Below, piece after piece: positions 39,723 to 49,598 of a stretch of DNA of 64,000 nt. The DNA is from Candidatus Multivoradales bacterium (GTDB lineage: Bacteria > Acidobacteriota > Thermoanaerobaculia > Multivoradales > JAHEKO01), in the NCBI GenBank assembly GCA_965223155.1, contig CBDCVR010000014.1, forward strand, positions 544,001 through 608,000. The letters are read 5' to 3'. A program made the translations under genes and the position numbers. Below the pieces are notes generated by a model. It did not search any database, was not told the DNA's origin, and was given only the letters and a program-made list of their open reading frames with translations. Every line of letters begins with the position of its first letter. Within the stretch, counting starts at the first letter, position 1.

Positions 39723-40760
39723 CTAGACCTTCGCCGGAACCTTCTCCCAGTCGGACCGGGGCGCGTCCGTGGCGATCGCCAGGCCGCCCTCGGCGCCGAC
39801 GAAGACCGGATCCTCGACCCGGCGCACGGTGCCGCCGCCGTACTCGTCCAGGGTGAGCTCCAACGCCTCGGCCAGGCCGCGGATAAGGGCCGAGCCGCCC
39901 GACAGGATGACGTGGTTTCTCACCTCGGCCTGGTACTCGGGCTCGACCCGCGCCAGAAGCTCGAGCATGGTCTCGGTGATCGGAGGCAGCAGGCTCTCGC
40001 AAGCGGTCCGCATCTCGGTCGTGATGTCCACCTCGGTGGGCTTGCCGTTGAGCGGGACCGTGACCTTGACCGGCTTCTTGGGCTCACCTACGAAGCTGTA
40101 TTTTTCTTTCCACTCGCGCACCATGTGCTCGGAGAACGCCACCTGTGGGTGGGCGGCCGCAACCAGCTTTTCGAGCTGCTCGTCTACCGAGTCGCCCGCC
40201 TGCATCAGGGTGCGCTGATCTTCCTCGGTCGGGAACCGACCCTTCATTACGCAGAAATCTGTGGTGCCGGCGCCGACGTCGATGATAAGCGCGTGCAGGA
40301 GGGCATCGAGACCGTAGGCGACCGCGAACGGCTCGGAGACGATCATCAGCGAATCGACCAGGCCGGCCAAGACGTTGCGTAGCTGCTGCTTGTTGACCCG
40401 CATCGCCTCGGCCGGTACCCCGACCACGGCTCGGACCCCTTCGGGGTTCTTGATGCCCGCGCGCTTCAGAAGGTGGCCGATGATCTCGCGCACCGCGCGC
40501 AGGTCCTTGTCCGAGCCTTCCTTGATGAGGCCGCGCTCGAGGGGACGGTGGAGGTCAAGCATGACGCGGTTCTTGATCGCGTCTTCGCCGATCAGGATCT
40601 TCTTTTTCAAGACCTTGGTGGCGACCATGTCGGCCGGCCAGCCGACGAAGCTATCGACCACGTACTTCTGGTCATCGGACGTGGCGATCGAGCTCCGGGA
40701 CGTTCCGAGGTCGATCCCGACGTAGGTGACGCCACCGGCGCCGGCTTCTTTTGCACACAT
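39723..40760 (-). CDS. MamK-like bacterial actin
   Basis: GIDLGTS, VGVPA, VSEPFAVAYGLD, IIDVGAGTTD, EEDQRTL..AGD, KEKYSFVG, EPEYQ, ILSGG, DPVF; closer to MamK than MreB by recalled motifs. Confidence 0.85.
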   Translation of the reverse strand: MCAKEAGAGGVTYVGIDLGTSRSSIATSDDQKYVVDSFVGWPADMVATKVLKKKILIGEDAIKNRVMLDLHRPLERGLIKEGSDKDLRAVREIIGHLLKRAGIKNPEGVRAVVGVPAEAMRVNKQQLRNVLAGLVDSLMIVSEPFAVAYGLDALLHALIIDVGAGTTDFCVMKGRFPTEEDQRTLMQAGDSVDEQLEKLVAAAHPQVAFSEHMVREWKEKYSFVGEPKKPVKVTVPLNGKPTEVDITTEMRTACESLLPPITETMLELLARVEPEYQAEVRNHVILSGGSALIRGLAEALELTLDEYGGGTVRRVEDPVFVGAEGGLAIATDAPRSDWEKVPAKV

Positions 40761-40775
40761 GGTTGAGTTCCCCTC

Positions 40776-41834
40776 TTACGCGCTCTCGTTGAGTTGGCGA
40801 GCGTAGCTCGAAATGCCCCGGAATAGGGCCTCAGCAATGTACTGCCGATACCCCGGGGTCATCAAGAGTCTGGCTTCGTTGGCATTGGAAAGGCAAGAGA
40901 CTTCGGCGAGGATCGCCGGCATCTCGGTTCCGGTCAGGACAATGAAGGGCGCCTTCTTGACGCCCCGATTCTGCAACCCGGGATTGACCCGGCGTAGCGA
41001 ATTGTAGAGCGCCCGCTGCACCGAGCGGGCAAGCTGACGCGACTCGTCGTTGCGAACCCCGGCATAGACCTGATCCAGGACCCGGCGATAGTCGGCCATC
41101 GAATAGCCGGCGTCCTGGTTCTCGGCGGCCGCCAGCTCGGTCAAGTACGGATCTTCGGTGGGTCCGAGGTAGTAGGTCTCGATGCCCCGCACCTCGCGCG
41201 CTTCGATGTAGTTGAGATGGATCGAGACAAAGAGATCGCCTTCGGTCTCGTTGGCGTACCGGGCGCGGTCTTCGAGGGGCACGAACACATCCCGCTTGCG
41301 AGTCATCGCCACTTCGAAGGACGAGTCCTCGAGCAAGACTGTCAGTCGCTTGGCGATGTCGAGTGCCAGGGTCTTTTCGGCCAGCCCATTGGGACCCTGG
41401 GTGCCGGGGTTCTTGCCGCCGTGGCCTGGATCCAGAACGATTCGCCGCACGCCCAGCGGAAAGACGGCGCGGTCGAGAGCGGCGGGCGTCGCCAGCGGCG
41501 CCTCGGCCGAGCCCGTGCCGGACTCGGGTCCACGCGGCGCCGGCAGGTCCTGCTCAAAGCCGGCAAGGCCACTGGTGAGCTGGACATCGGCGGCTACCCG
41601 CTCGGCGATCTCGGTCGAGCGCAGATCGATCCAACGGTCGGCGACCTCCGAGCCCAGGTAGGACGCGCCGAAGAGCGCCACCGGCAGGGTCAGGAAAAAG
41701 ACGATGCGGGCGAACGTCTGGGCACGCTTGGTCTTGGTCGGCCGGCGAAACCGGTAGCGGCCGGTCATGACGTCCCGGTTCTCCTGCACGGCCTCCCGAA
41801 TCAGGCGGCGCTTCAGTTGGGCCATCTCACTCAT
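40776..41834 (-). CDS. Membrane-anchored N-acetylmuramoyl-L-alanine amidase (Amidase_3)
   Basis: LDPGHGG, EK, FVSIHLN and PAILAEV motifs; basic N-terminus + single TM. Confidence 0.93.
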   Translation of the reverse strand: MSEMAQLKRRLIREAVQENRDVMTGRYRFRRPTKTKRAQTFARIVFFLTLPVALFGASYLGSEVADRWIDLRSTEIAERVAADVQLTSGLAGFEQDLPAPRGPESGTGSAEAPLATPAALDRAVFPLGVRRIVLDPGHGGKNPGTQGPNGLAEKTLALDIAKRLTVLLEDSSFEVAMTRKRDVFVPLEDRARYANETEGDLFVSIHLNYIEAREVRGIETYYLGPTEDPYLTELAAAENQDAGYSMADYRRVLDQVYAGVRNDESRQLARSVQRALYNSLRRVNPGLQNRGVKKAPFIVLTGTEMPAILAEVSCLSNANEARLLMTPGYRQYIAEALFRGISSYARQLNESA

Positions 41835-42091
41835 GACGCACGGCTTGACTCTACGCGAGGACGATCTTGTACCCAGTGAAGCGTTGCACTTCCAGCCGCA
41901 ACGCGGGGCACCGCGCCCACGGCTCTGAAGATGGTATTACAAGACGTCGATACGTTGGTGGCGAGGCCGCGCAACCGGTGGGACCAAGGCGATCCGCGGC
42001 CTCGGGATCCGGATCTGCGGCCCGGCCAGGATCCGGCCGGGATCCAGCCAAGATCCAGTAGGATCGGCCGGCACGACCGAAGGAGGACTCG

Positions 42092-43282
42092 ATGCTTGCC
42101 GAGCGCGTAGCCGACATCCAGAACGCCCTGGCCGAGATGGAAGCCGACGGGTGGCTTTTTGCCTGTTTTCAGAACAACGATCCGATCTCGCTCGAGCTTC
42201 TGGGCCTGGGCGGCGACCATCTCGTCAGCCGCCGGTGCTACTACCTGATCCCGGCCCAGGGCGAGCCGCGCCGGCTGGTGCACAAGCTGGAACCGGCCCA
42301 GCTGGACCACTTGCCGGGCAGCAAGAGCTCGTATCTATCCTGGCGCGAACACCGCGCCGAGTTCGAAAAGCTCCTTGCCGGCATGAAGAAGATCGCCGCC
42401 CAGTACTCGTCTGACAACGCACTGCCTACGATCTCGCGCCTGGATGCGGGCACGGCCGAGCTCATCCGCTCGTTGGGTATCCAAATCGAGTCGGCGGCCG
42501 AGCTGGCGCAGCGCTTCGCCGCGGTCTGGTCCGAAGAACAGCTCAACGGGCACCGCAGAGCCTGCACCCATCTCCACGAGATCGTCAAACTCGCCTTCGC
42601 CGAGGTGGCCCAGGTGCTCAAGGCCGGAGCCGAGGCGGACGAATACACCATCCAGAAGTTCATCCTGAACCAGATGGATCAGCGCGGCCTGTGGACCGAC
42701 TCACCACCGATCGTGGGCCGCAACGAGCACGCGGCGGATCCCCACTACCAGCCGACCGCCGAGGTGACGTCGCCGATTCGCAAGGGCGACTTCCTGCTGA
42801 TCGACCTCTGGGCCAAGGAGAAGGCCGCGGCCGATTCCATCTACGGCGACATCACCTGGTGCGGTGTCTGTGACGTCGCCCCCACCGACAAGCAGGTGGA
42901 GCTCTTCTCCACCGTGGTCCAAGCTCGCGACGCGGCCTGGGAGCTCATCTCGAGCCGGTACCCGGACAAGTCGGTGCGCGGGTTCGAGGTCGATGACGCT
43001 TGCCGCGAAGTGATCGAGGCCGCCGGCTACGGCGAGTTTTTCATCCACCGAACCGGACACTCGATCGGCACCCAGACCCACGGCCAGGGCGCCAACATGG
43101 ACAACCTCGAAACCCACGATACGCGCCGGCTGGAGCCGATGACGGGCTTTTCCATCGAGCCGGGGATTTACCTCGAAGGCGACTTCGGCGTGCGCACCGA
43201 GATCAACGTGGCTCTACCTCCCGACGCCGCCGAGATCACCGGCGGCGACCGGCAGATGGAGCTCCTCCGGCTCTTGGCCTAG
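42092..43282 (+). CDS. M24 (Xaa-Pro) aminopeptidase
   Basis: LIDLW, GDIT, HRTGHSIG, SIEPGIY and GVRTE motifs. Confidence 0.92.
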   Translation: MLAERVADIQNALAEMEADGWLFACFQNNDPISLELLGLGGDHLVSRRCYYLIPAQGEPRRLVHKLEPAQLDHLPGSKSSYLSWREHRAEFEKLLAGMKKIAAQYSSDNALPTISRLDAGTAELIRSLGIQIESAAELAQRFAAVWSEEQLNGHRRACTHLHEIVKLAFAEVAQVLKAGAEADEYTIQKFILNQMDQRGLWTDSPPIVGRNEHAADPHYQPTAEVTSPIRKGDFLLIDLWAKEKAAADSIYGDITWCGVCDVAPTDKQVELFSTVVQARDAAWELISSRYPDKSVRGFEVDDACREVIEAAGYGEFFIHRTGHSIGTQTHGQGANMDNLETHDTRRLEPMTGFSIEPGIYLEGDFGVRTEINVALPPDAAEITGGDRQMELLRLLA

Positions 43283-43400
43283 CCTGTTTCGCCGCCCCTT
43301 CCTGCGAGGCCACCCTCTCGCGACGAAGGGCCGTGAGACGAGCCGGCTAGTCGGATCCAGGAACCGGAAACCCGCCGCGACGCAGCAATGGAGGCTGAGC

Positions 43401-44339
43401 ATGGGCCGGAACCGGACAGGCGGCGCGGACGTTTCGAGTGAGTCGACACCGGACGGGCCACCGCGCGGGCTCGGTCCGCGGGGCAAGCCCGAGCGGCTCC
43501 TCGAAGCGCACCCGACCGATCCGGCCTGGCGCGCCGACGCCCTGGCCGGCAGCCGTCACAGCCGCTTAGCGGACGAGGTTCGCCCGCCGCTCGCGGACTC
43601 CGATCCGGTCCGCGCCCAGCAGCTCTGCGCTCGGATCACCCGCGAGGTGCTGCGGGATTTCGCCCCCGGCCTCGTCTTCCTTCGCGGGGCTGACCGGAAC
43701 CGAGTACAGGCTCTCACCGCCTTCGCTCGAACCCTTTTCGATTTCGCCCGGCAGCGGGGACTCGAAGGAGACCGTCTGGCGCTTCTCAACAATTGGGAGT
43801 TCCAGACCGAAGAGGCTCTCTCGCCAGGCCGCGGGACCCACCCGCCGAGCCAGCCGGTCTTCGTCGCGATGGCCTCGGCCGGGGCCGTCCGCCCCTGGCC
43901 GCGGACGGCTCTGGACCGCCTATTTGACCTGGCACGGAGCGAGGCCGTGGGGCGCCCCGTTCCGCCTCGGGAGCTGGCCACGACACTCCTCGCCTGCCTA
44001 TGGCACCCGGAAGCGGAGGTCGATCCGGCATCGAGGGACCTCCTCGAGGCAGCGCTCACCGAGCGGCCGGGCGCGGGGCGCGGGCGGCCGTCCCAAGAAG
44101 GCGGCGACCCGTCTCCCTCGGGCGAGCGTCCGCCACGTGGACCGAACCGGGCCTGGCGCCGTGCGGGCGCCTACGCCGAGGGCGTCCTGCGGTATCGGCG
44201 GCTTCGGAGCGGGACGGCTCGAAGCCGGCTGGATTCGGATCCGGAGGGAGCCGGGGCCGCGAGGCCAAGCCACGAGGGGGAGCCGATCGGTCTCGGGACG
44301 CGGCTCCGTCTACTCGTCGCCGCCCGCCTCGGCCGGTGA
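43401..44339 (+). CDS. Degenerate squalene/phytoene synthase-like protein
   Basis: LCARITRE..DFAPGL.FL...RVQALTAFARTLFDF resembles the CrtB N-terminus but lacks DDxxD. Start uncertain. Confidence 0.5.
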   Translation: MGRNRTGGADVSSESTPDGPPRGLGPRGKPERLLEAHPTDPAWRADALAGSRHSRLADEVRPPLADSDPVRAQQLCARITREVLRDFAPGLVFLRGADRNRVQALTAFARTLFDFARQRGLEGDRLALLNNWEFQTEEALSPGRGTHPPSQPVFVAMASAGAVRPWPRTALDRLFDLARSEAVGRPVPPRELATTLLACLWHPEAEVDPASRDLLEAALTERPGAGRGRPSQEGGDPSPSGERPPRGPNRAWRRAGAYAEGVLRYRRLRSGTARSRLDSDPEGAGAARPSHEGEPIGLGTRLRLLVAARLGR

Positions 44340-45062
44340 CGGCCGCTCGGCGGAGGCCGGATCGCCCTGCGAGTCGGGAGCCCGATCGGGCGCGGGCGCG
44401 TCGAGCGGCTCGACCAGGATCTTGGCTGCGGCCCGCATCCCCAAGTTGACACGCCCGCCGGAAGCGGAGTCCACCACCATCGAGTCCGCCACCTCGGTCA
44501 CCGAGGCGATCCGGATCGTGGTTCCGATCTTCACCCCCTCGCGCTCGAGCGTCTGGAGAAATTCGGGGCTCTGGTCCAGAACCCGGGCCACGGCCACGGC
44601 GCGGCCCTGGCGGAACCGGGTCAGCGGCAGGTAGTCGAGCACCGGCACGTCGCCGCCGGCCGTGGGGATCGGATCGCCGTGGGGATCGGCTTCGGGCCGT
44701 CCCAGCATCTCGTCCATGCGCTCGACAAGGCTGTCCGAGATCGCGTGCTCCAGGCGCTCGGCCTCGCCGTGGACCTCGCTCCAGTCCATGCCCATGACCT
44801 CGACCAGGAAGAGCTCGATCAGGCGGTGGCGGCGCAGGACGTGAAGCGCCAGTTGGCGGCCTGAATCGGTCAGGCGGACACCGCTATAGGGCTCGTAGTC
44901 GACGAGACCGCTGCCCGCCAGGGTCTTGACCATGGTGGTCACGGTCCCCGGCGTCAGCTCCAGCGCGCCGGCGATGACTCCCATGCCCACCCGCTTCCCG
45001 GGCGCTCGCTGCTCTTCGAGCAGGATCTGCTTCAGGTAGTCCTCGACGGTGCTGGTTGCCAT
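44310..45062 (-). CDS. DtxR/MntR-family metal-dependent regulator
   Basis: EDYLK, RRHRLIELFL, EAERLEHA and DPHGDPIP motifs; FeoA-like tail. Confidence 0.95.
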   Translation of the reverse strand: MATSTVEDYLKQILLEEQRAPGKRVGMGVIAGALELTPGTVTTMVKTLAGSGLVDYEPYSGVRLTDSGRQLALHVLRRHRLIELFLVEVMGMDWSEVHGEAERLEHAISDSLVERMDEMLGRPEADPHGDPIPTAGGDVPVLDYLPLTRFRQGRAVAVARVLDQSPEFLQTLEREGVKIGTTIRIASVTEVADSMVVDSASGGRVNLGMRAAAKILVEPLDAPAPDRAPDSQGDPASAERPSPAEAGGDE

Positions 45063-45083
45063 TGAATCGGAGGGATCGGGAGC

Positions 45084-45995
45084 TCAGGGGCAGTCCAGCG
45101 GCCGCGCCTCGACGAAGCCCTTGGGCTCGAGTTGCAGTGTTTGGTGATCGATGCCGAAGCGGGAGCGGAGCATCGTGCTCGCCTCCTCCAACACTTCGCC
45201 GTGTGGCTTGCCTTCGACGACCACGTGAGCCGAAAGCGATTCGACGCCACTGGTGATCGTCCAAACGTGAAGATCGTGGACGCCGCGGACGCCCACGAGA
45301 TCCAGCAAGGCGCGACGGACCTCATCGACGTCGATGTGAGGAGGCGCGCCTTCCATCAAGACCCTGACAGCCTCGGTCACGAGATGCCAGGAAGAATAGA
45401 CCACCAGGGCGGCGATGAGAAACGATGCGACGGGATCGGCCCAGGTCCACCCAAGGGTCCAGATGAGCGCGCCCGCAAGCAACGCCTGGACGCTGCCGAG
45501 GGTGTCCATCGCGACGTGCAGCCAGGCGCCGCGAAGATTGAGATTCGCGTCCTTGCCACGGCGCAAGATCGCCAGGCTCGCGAGGTTGATGGCGAGGCCG
45601 CCGGCTGCGATGGCCATCATCGGGCCGCTCGCGACTTCAGCCGGCTGACGCAGCCGTTCGAAGCCCTCGAGCACGATGAAGGCGGAGATGGCCAGGAGCG
45701 CGGCACCGTTGACCAGAGCGGCCAGAATCTCGGTGCGGTGGTAGCCAAAAGTGCGTCTGGCGTCGGCCGGACGCCGGGCGATACGGAGGGCGAAGAAGCT
45801 GAGCAGTAGCGCCGCGACGTCCGAGAGCATGTGGCTGGCATCGGCCAGAAGTGCCAGCGAGTTGGTCCAGAGACCGCCCACGAACTCGGCGACCATGTAG
45901 ATCGCCGCCAGGGCCGCCGCCCAGCCCAGCCGGTGGCCGTGGGCATGCGCCGAGCCGGCCGGCGCCTCGGGCCCGTGGTGGTGCGCGTGGGCCAT
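45084..45995 (-). CDS. CDF zinc/cobalt/cadmium efflux transporter (ZitB/CzcD type)
   Basis: His-rich N-terminus; SLALLADASHMLSD, TFGYHR, LHVAMD and HDLHVW motifs. Confidence 0.95.
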   Translation of the reverse strand: MAHAHHHGPEAPAGSAHAHGHRLGWAAALAAIYMVAEFVGGLWTNSLALLADASHMLSDVAALLLSFFALRIARRPADARRTFGYHRTEILAALVNGAALLAISAFIVLEGFERLRQPAEVASGPMMAIAAGGLAINLASLAILRRGKDANLNLRGAWLHVAMDTLGSVQALLAGALIWTLGWTWADPVASFLIAALVVYSSWHLVTEAVRVLMEGAPPHIDVDEVRRALLDLVGVRGVHDLHVWTITSGVESLSAHVVVEGKPHGEVLEEASTMLRSRFGIDHQTLQLEPKGFVEARPLDCP

Positions 45996-46066
45996 GACCG
46001 ATCTAGTCTACCGGCAGGCGGCGCCGGTGAACTCCGCGGAGCGCCGCAACGTAGTACATTTTTCGA

Positions 46067-47374
46067 GTGCTGTCGTTTGCCACATTGTTTCTGGGATTGA
46101 CTCTCGGCACCCATGCGGTCGAGGTGGTCGCGCCTCCGGGGGTGGCGTCGATCGAGCTCCGCGTGGACGGCCGCCTGTGCGCTCGCCTGGAAAGGGAACC
46201 CTGGCGGGGGAACTGCGACTTCGGCGACGAGCTCTTGCCGCGCGAGCTTACCGCCACCGCCTTCGACGGCGACGGAGGCGAGCTCGCAGTCGGGAGGCAG
46301 TGGATCAACACGCCGCGGCAGCCGGCCGAGGTCTCGGCGGTGCTCGAAGCTGAGCCCGGAACGCCCCTTCGCCGCGTTGCCCGGCTGCGCTGGGAGTCGC
46401 TCGCCGGTTCGACGCCCCCGGCGGTCCGTGCCTGGCTCGACGGCGTCGAGCTGAAGGTCGAGAATCCCGCGGAGATCCAGCTACCCGAAGTCGATCCGGA
46501 GCGACTCCATCTGTTCCGTGCCGAGCTCGAGTTTCCGGGCAACGTCGTCTCCTCGGTCGAGGTACCGTGGGGCGGCAGCTTCTCGGACCAGACCGACAGC
46601 AAGCTAACCGCGATCGTGGTCCAAGCCCGCCTTGGACGGCTCAAGCCGGAAGCGCTGGCCGGACGGCTCTTGAGCGACAGGCGGCCGCTCGAAGTGGTCG
46701 CGATCGAGAAGGCGCCGGCCGAGATCGTAATCGTGCGGGACCGGTCGGCCGATACGGCGTTCGCCCAGATGGATCTCGAGCGCGCGATCTCGGCCAGTCC
46801 AATGGGCATCGCGGGCGCGCGTTCGCAAAGCGGCAGGCTCCTGGCCGCGCGCGACCAAGATTGGCGTCTCCAGTTCTTCTGGCCCGTTGCCGTCCGGCGT
46901 GCCGGCAAGTCGGGCCCCTTCGATCTCTTCCGGCACTCGCCAGCATTTCACCCGACCGATGGCACCGTGTTCGACTTCCTGACCCGGGTCGAGTTTCCGC
47001 GCGACTTGGAGGGCCCCCAACGGCTGACCGACGCACTCGCCGTTGCCGGGGTCTCGGTCGCGTCGCTCAAGAGCAGACGCGCGGCCGTGCTGCTGGTCGG
47101 CCCGAACCCCACCGACAGTGGAGATTTCCCACCCCGGCTTGCCCGCCGGTATCTCGAGTCGATCCAGGTGCCGATGGTGGTCTGGGCCACCCGGCGTACC
47201 GCCGGTGAAGCCTGGGGTAAGGCCCGCAGGCTCCGTTCCCGTCGCGACGTGGAGCTGGCCTGGCTCGATCTCCTGGAGTCGTTGGAGCGCCAACGCATCG
47301 TCTGGGTGCGGGGAGCCCATCTGCCACAACAGATCGAGCTCATGCCGACCCGAGGCGTCGAGCTGGTGCGATGA
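46067..47374 (+). CDS. Hypothetical protein
   Basis: Long ORF with coding-like codon bias; ATGA overlap with the next gene. Confidence 0.7.
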   Translation: MLSFATLFLGLTLGTHAVEVVAPPGVASIELRVDGRLCARLEREPWRGNCDFGDELLPRELTATAFDGDGGELAVGRQWINTPRQPAEVSAVLEAEPGTPLRRVARLRWESLAGSTPPAVRAWLDGVELKVENPAEIQLPEVDPERLHLFRAELEFPGNVVSSVEVPWGGSFSDQTDSKLTAIVVQARLGRLKPEALAGRLLSDRRPLEVVAIEKAPAEIVIVRDRSADTAFAQMDLERAISASPMGIAGARSQSGRLLAARDQDWRLQFFWPVAVRRAGKSGPFDLFRHSPAFHPTDGTVFDFLTRVEFPRDLEGPQRLTDALAVAGVSVASLKSRRAAVLLVGPNPTDSGDFPPRLARRYLESIQVPMVVWATRRTAGEAWGKARRLRSRRDVELAWLDLLESLERQRIVWVRGAHLPQQIELMPTRGVELVR

Positions 47375-48825
47375 GCCTGCTTCGAGGGAACCGGGACCAG
47401 GAGACTGGCCCGATCAAGCTCGACCGGCGGCGGCACGCCAAGCCCGAGCACAGCCGGCGAACCGCAAGGCTCCGCCCGAGCACCTGGTCGGTGACGGGGT
47501 CCGCGCTGGCACCGGCTCTTGCCGTCCTGCTGCTAAGCGCCTTTCCGCCTCAGGCTCCTGCCGTCCAGGAGGATCCGGCTGCTGGCGAGTCCTCCACCGA
47601 AGGCGCTCCGCCGCCTCCGGAGGCCGCCGAGCCCCGGCTCCTGGGAAAGCCCTCGGCCCTCGAGCCGCCGCAGGCGACCCGCTCGACGGTCCCGGTGGAC
47701 CGTGGCACCAGGCTACTCGAGCGGCCTGACCGGGGAGCGCCCATTCTGGTCACGGTCCGCGCGCCCACCGAACTCGAGATCCTGGACCGAAACGACGGCT
47801 GGATTCAGGTGCGATACGAGGCCTGGAGGGGCTGGTTTCGGCCGGAAGAGAGCGGCCCGAGCCTGCTCGACCACCAGGGCTGGCAGGTCGAGCTCACCAC
47901 CGACGGCGATCTGCGCTTCACCAGCGCTCCCGTAACGACGCGCAACCTGACCGAGGAACGGCTGGCTCGAATCACGCCGTTTCTGCGCGACGGAGGCCGC
48001 ACCCTGAACTTTGGTCCGTACCGGTTGCTCACTGACGTCACCGACGCGGACCTGCTCGACGGCTTGCGCTCGGTCGCCGAGCAGCTCGCGCACGCCTACC
48101 AGAGCCGCTACGGCCTTGCGCTGGCCGAGTCGCCTCCCGAATCCATCGTCCTCTTCGCCGGAGAGGAAGCGTACAGAAGATACGCAACCGAGGTCCCCGA
48201 GCTCGCGGGGCTGTCGAGCCTGGGCCATCAGAGCCATGGACTGGCCGTGACCTTCGCCGGTCAGCGCTCGTCAGAGCGCATCCGGCGCATCCTGGTCCAC
48301 GAGCTCACCCACCTGGTCAACCGGCGAGCGCTGCCCTTGGTCGTGCCCAGTTGGATCGAGGAGGGCCTGGCCGAGGATCTAGCCTTCAGCCGCGTCGACG
48401 GTCAGGGCCGGCTGGTGCCCCGCTCGCTGAGTGGCACGACCGTACGCTCGGAGGGGAAGTTGACCATCACCGGCGGCTTTGCCTCGCTTGCCTCTCTGCT
48501 GCGTCTGGTCCGGTCTCCGTCGTGGCCGGCGCCCACAACCCTGGTCGAAACCGGTTGGGAGGACTTTGTACGGCCCGAGCTACGGCCCGCCTACTACACG
48601 CAGGCGGCGTTCTTCGTCCGGTTTCTTCTGGATGGTGCTGGCGGCCGGTACCGCGACGGCTTTCACGACTACCTCCAGGCTCTCGCCCGCGGCGAGGGCG
48701 GAGCCGGAGGCGAGCTCTGGCCGCGACTCGCCGACGAGCCCGAGCGCGTCGAGGACGGCTATGAGGTCTGGCTCCACCAGCAGGCGGACGCCTTCGGCAT
48801 CGTCGTCACCCAGCCGGCTCGCTGA
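47371..48825 (+). CDS. Exported SH3-like + HExxH zinc metallopeptidase
   Basis: TM/signal; SH3b-like LEILDRNDGWIQVRY; LVHELTH...WIEEGLAE gluzincin motif. Confidence 0.75.
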   Translation: MSLLRGNRDQETGPIKLDRRRHAKPEHSRRTARLRPSTWSVTGSALAPALAVLLLSAFPPQAPAVQEDPAAGESSTEGAPPPPEAAEPRLLGKPSALEPPQATRSTVPVDRGTRLLERPDRGAPILVTVRAPTELEILDRNDGWIQVRYEAWRGWFRPEESGPSLLDHQGWQVELTTDGDLRFTSAPVTTRNLTEERLARITPFLRDGGRTLNFGPYRLLTDVTDADLLDGLRSVAEQLAHAYQSRYGLALAESPPESIVLFAGEEAYRRYATEVPELAGLSSLGHQSHGLAVTFAGQRSSERIRRILVHELTHLVNRRALPLVVPSWIEEGLAEDLAFSRVDGQGRLVPRSLSGTTVRSEGKLTITGGFASLASLLRLVRSPSWPAPTTLVETGWEDFVRPELRPAYYTQAAFFVRFLLDGAGGRYRDGFHDYLQALARGEGGAGGELWPRLADEPERVEDGYEVWLHQQADAFGIVVTQPAR

Positions 48826-48828
48826 GCC

Positions 48829-48862
48829 TCATTCCATCCGACGGATTAACCGGATGGAATGA
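48829..48862. terminator. Hairpin between convergent genes (bidirectional terminator or REP-like)
   Basis: Perfect 12-bp stem TCATTCCATCCG/CGGATGGAATGA. Confidence 0.6.
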
Positions 48863-48895
48863 AACGCAATCAGCGGCTGGGCGCCGCGGCCTCGC

Positions 48896-49459
48896 CTACC
48901 AGGTCAGTATGACGCCGATGGCGCCGGAGACACCGGTCAGATCCACAGGAATATCGACGAAGCCGAAGTCGTCCCCTTCGACCTTCGCCTCGACCGAGCG
49001 CAGCATGACCTCGGCATAGAACCCCCAGAGCGAGCTCATCGCCGCCTCGAGACCGGCAACCGCGTAGATGCCGAACTCCTCGTCCATCTCCACCTGACCG
49101 GCAGCCGGAAAGGCACCGCCATCGTAGTCAGCGTTCAGGAAGTAGTAGCTACCCCCGCCGCCGACGAAGGGCTCGACCTTGCCGCCGAGAGGAAAGGAGT
49201 AGGCAAAGCCCATATCGAGCGGAAAGGCCTCGATCCGAAACAGGGCTCCGCTTCCGATTCGGGTGAGCCCGTCGTATCCGGAGGCTCTGATCTCGAAATC
49301 GACGCGCTCACCGGCGTCGAACTCCAGCTTGATGCCGAAGCCCTGATCGTCGTCCGCCTCGTCGGTGTCCCACATCGAAATATTGGCGCCGAGGCCACTC
49401 GCAAACGACGGGGCGGCCAGGACCAGGGCGAGACTGAGAGCCAACGCAACTTTCTTCAT
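48896..49459 (-). CDS. OmpW-like outer-membrane beta-barrel protein
   Basis: MKKVALALSL signal peptide, EPFVGGG, C-terminal Trp. Confidence 0.85.
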   Translation of the reverse strand: MKKVALALSLALVLAAPSFASGLGANISMWDTDEADDDQGFGIKLEFDAGERVDFEIRASGYDGLTRIGSGALFRIEAFPLDMGFAYSFPLGGKVEPFVGGGGSYYFLNADYDGGAFPAAGQVEMDEEFGIYAVAGLEAAMSSLWGFYAEVMLRSVEAKVEGDDFGFVDIPVDLTGVSGAIGVILTW

Positions 49460-49598
49460 GTATTCCTCCGTTCGGCGGCAACCGGGTATTGCTGCAACGT
49501 TGCCTAAGTACCCTCTATTAAAACAACTTTTCAGCAAAGACAAAAGGGGAGCCTAGGGAGTTCGTCACACCCGCGGGCAACGGCGAAGACGATTCGGG

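Noticed and set aside
39723-45995. Magnetosome island (MamK-like actin near a CDF transporter and a DtxR regulator)
   Set aside because: The CDF has ZitB/CzcD-type His-rich motifs rather than MamB/MamM character, and no other mam genes are present.
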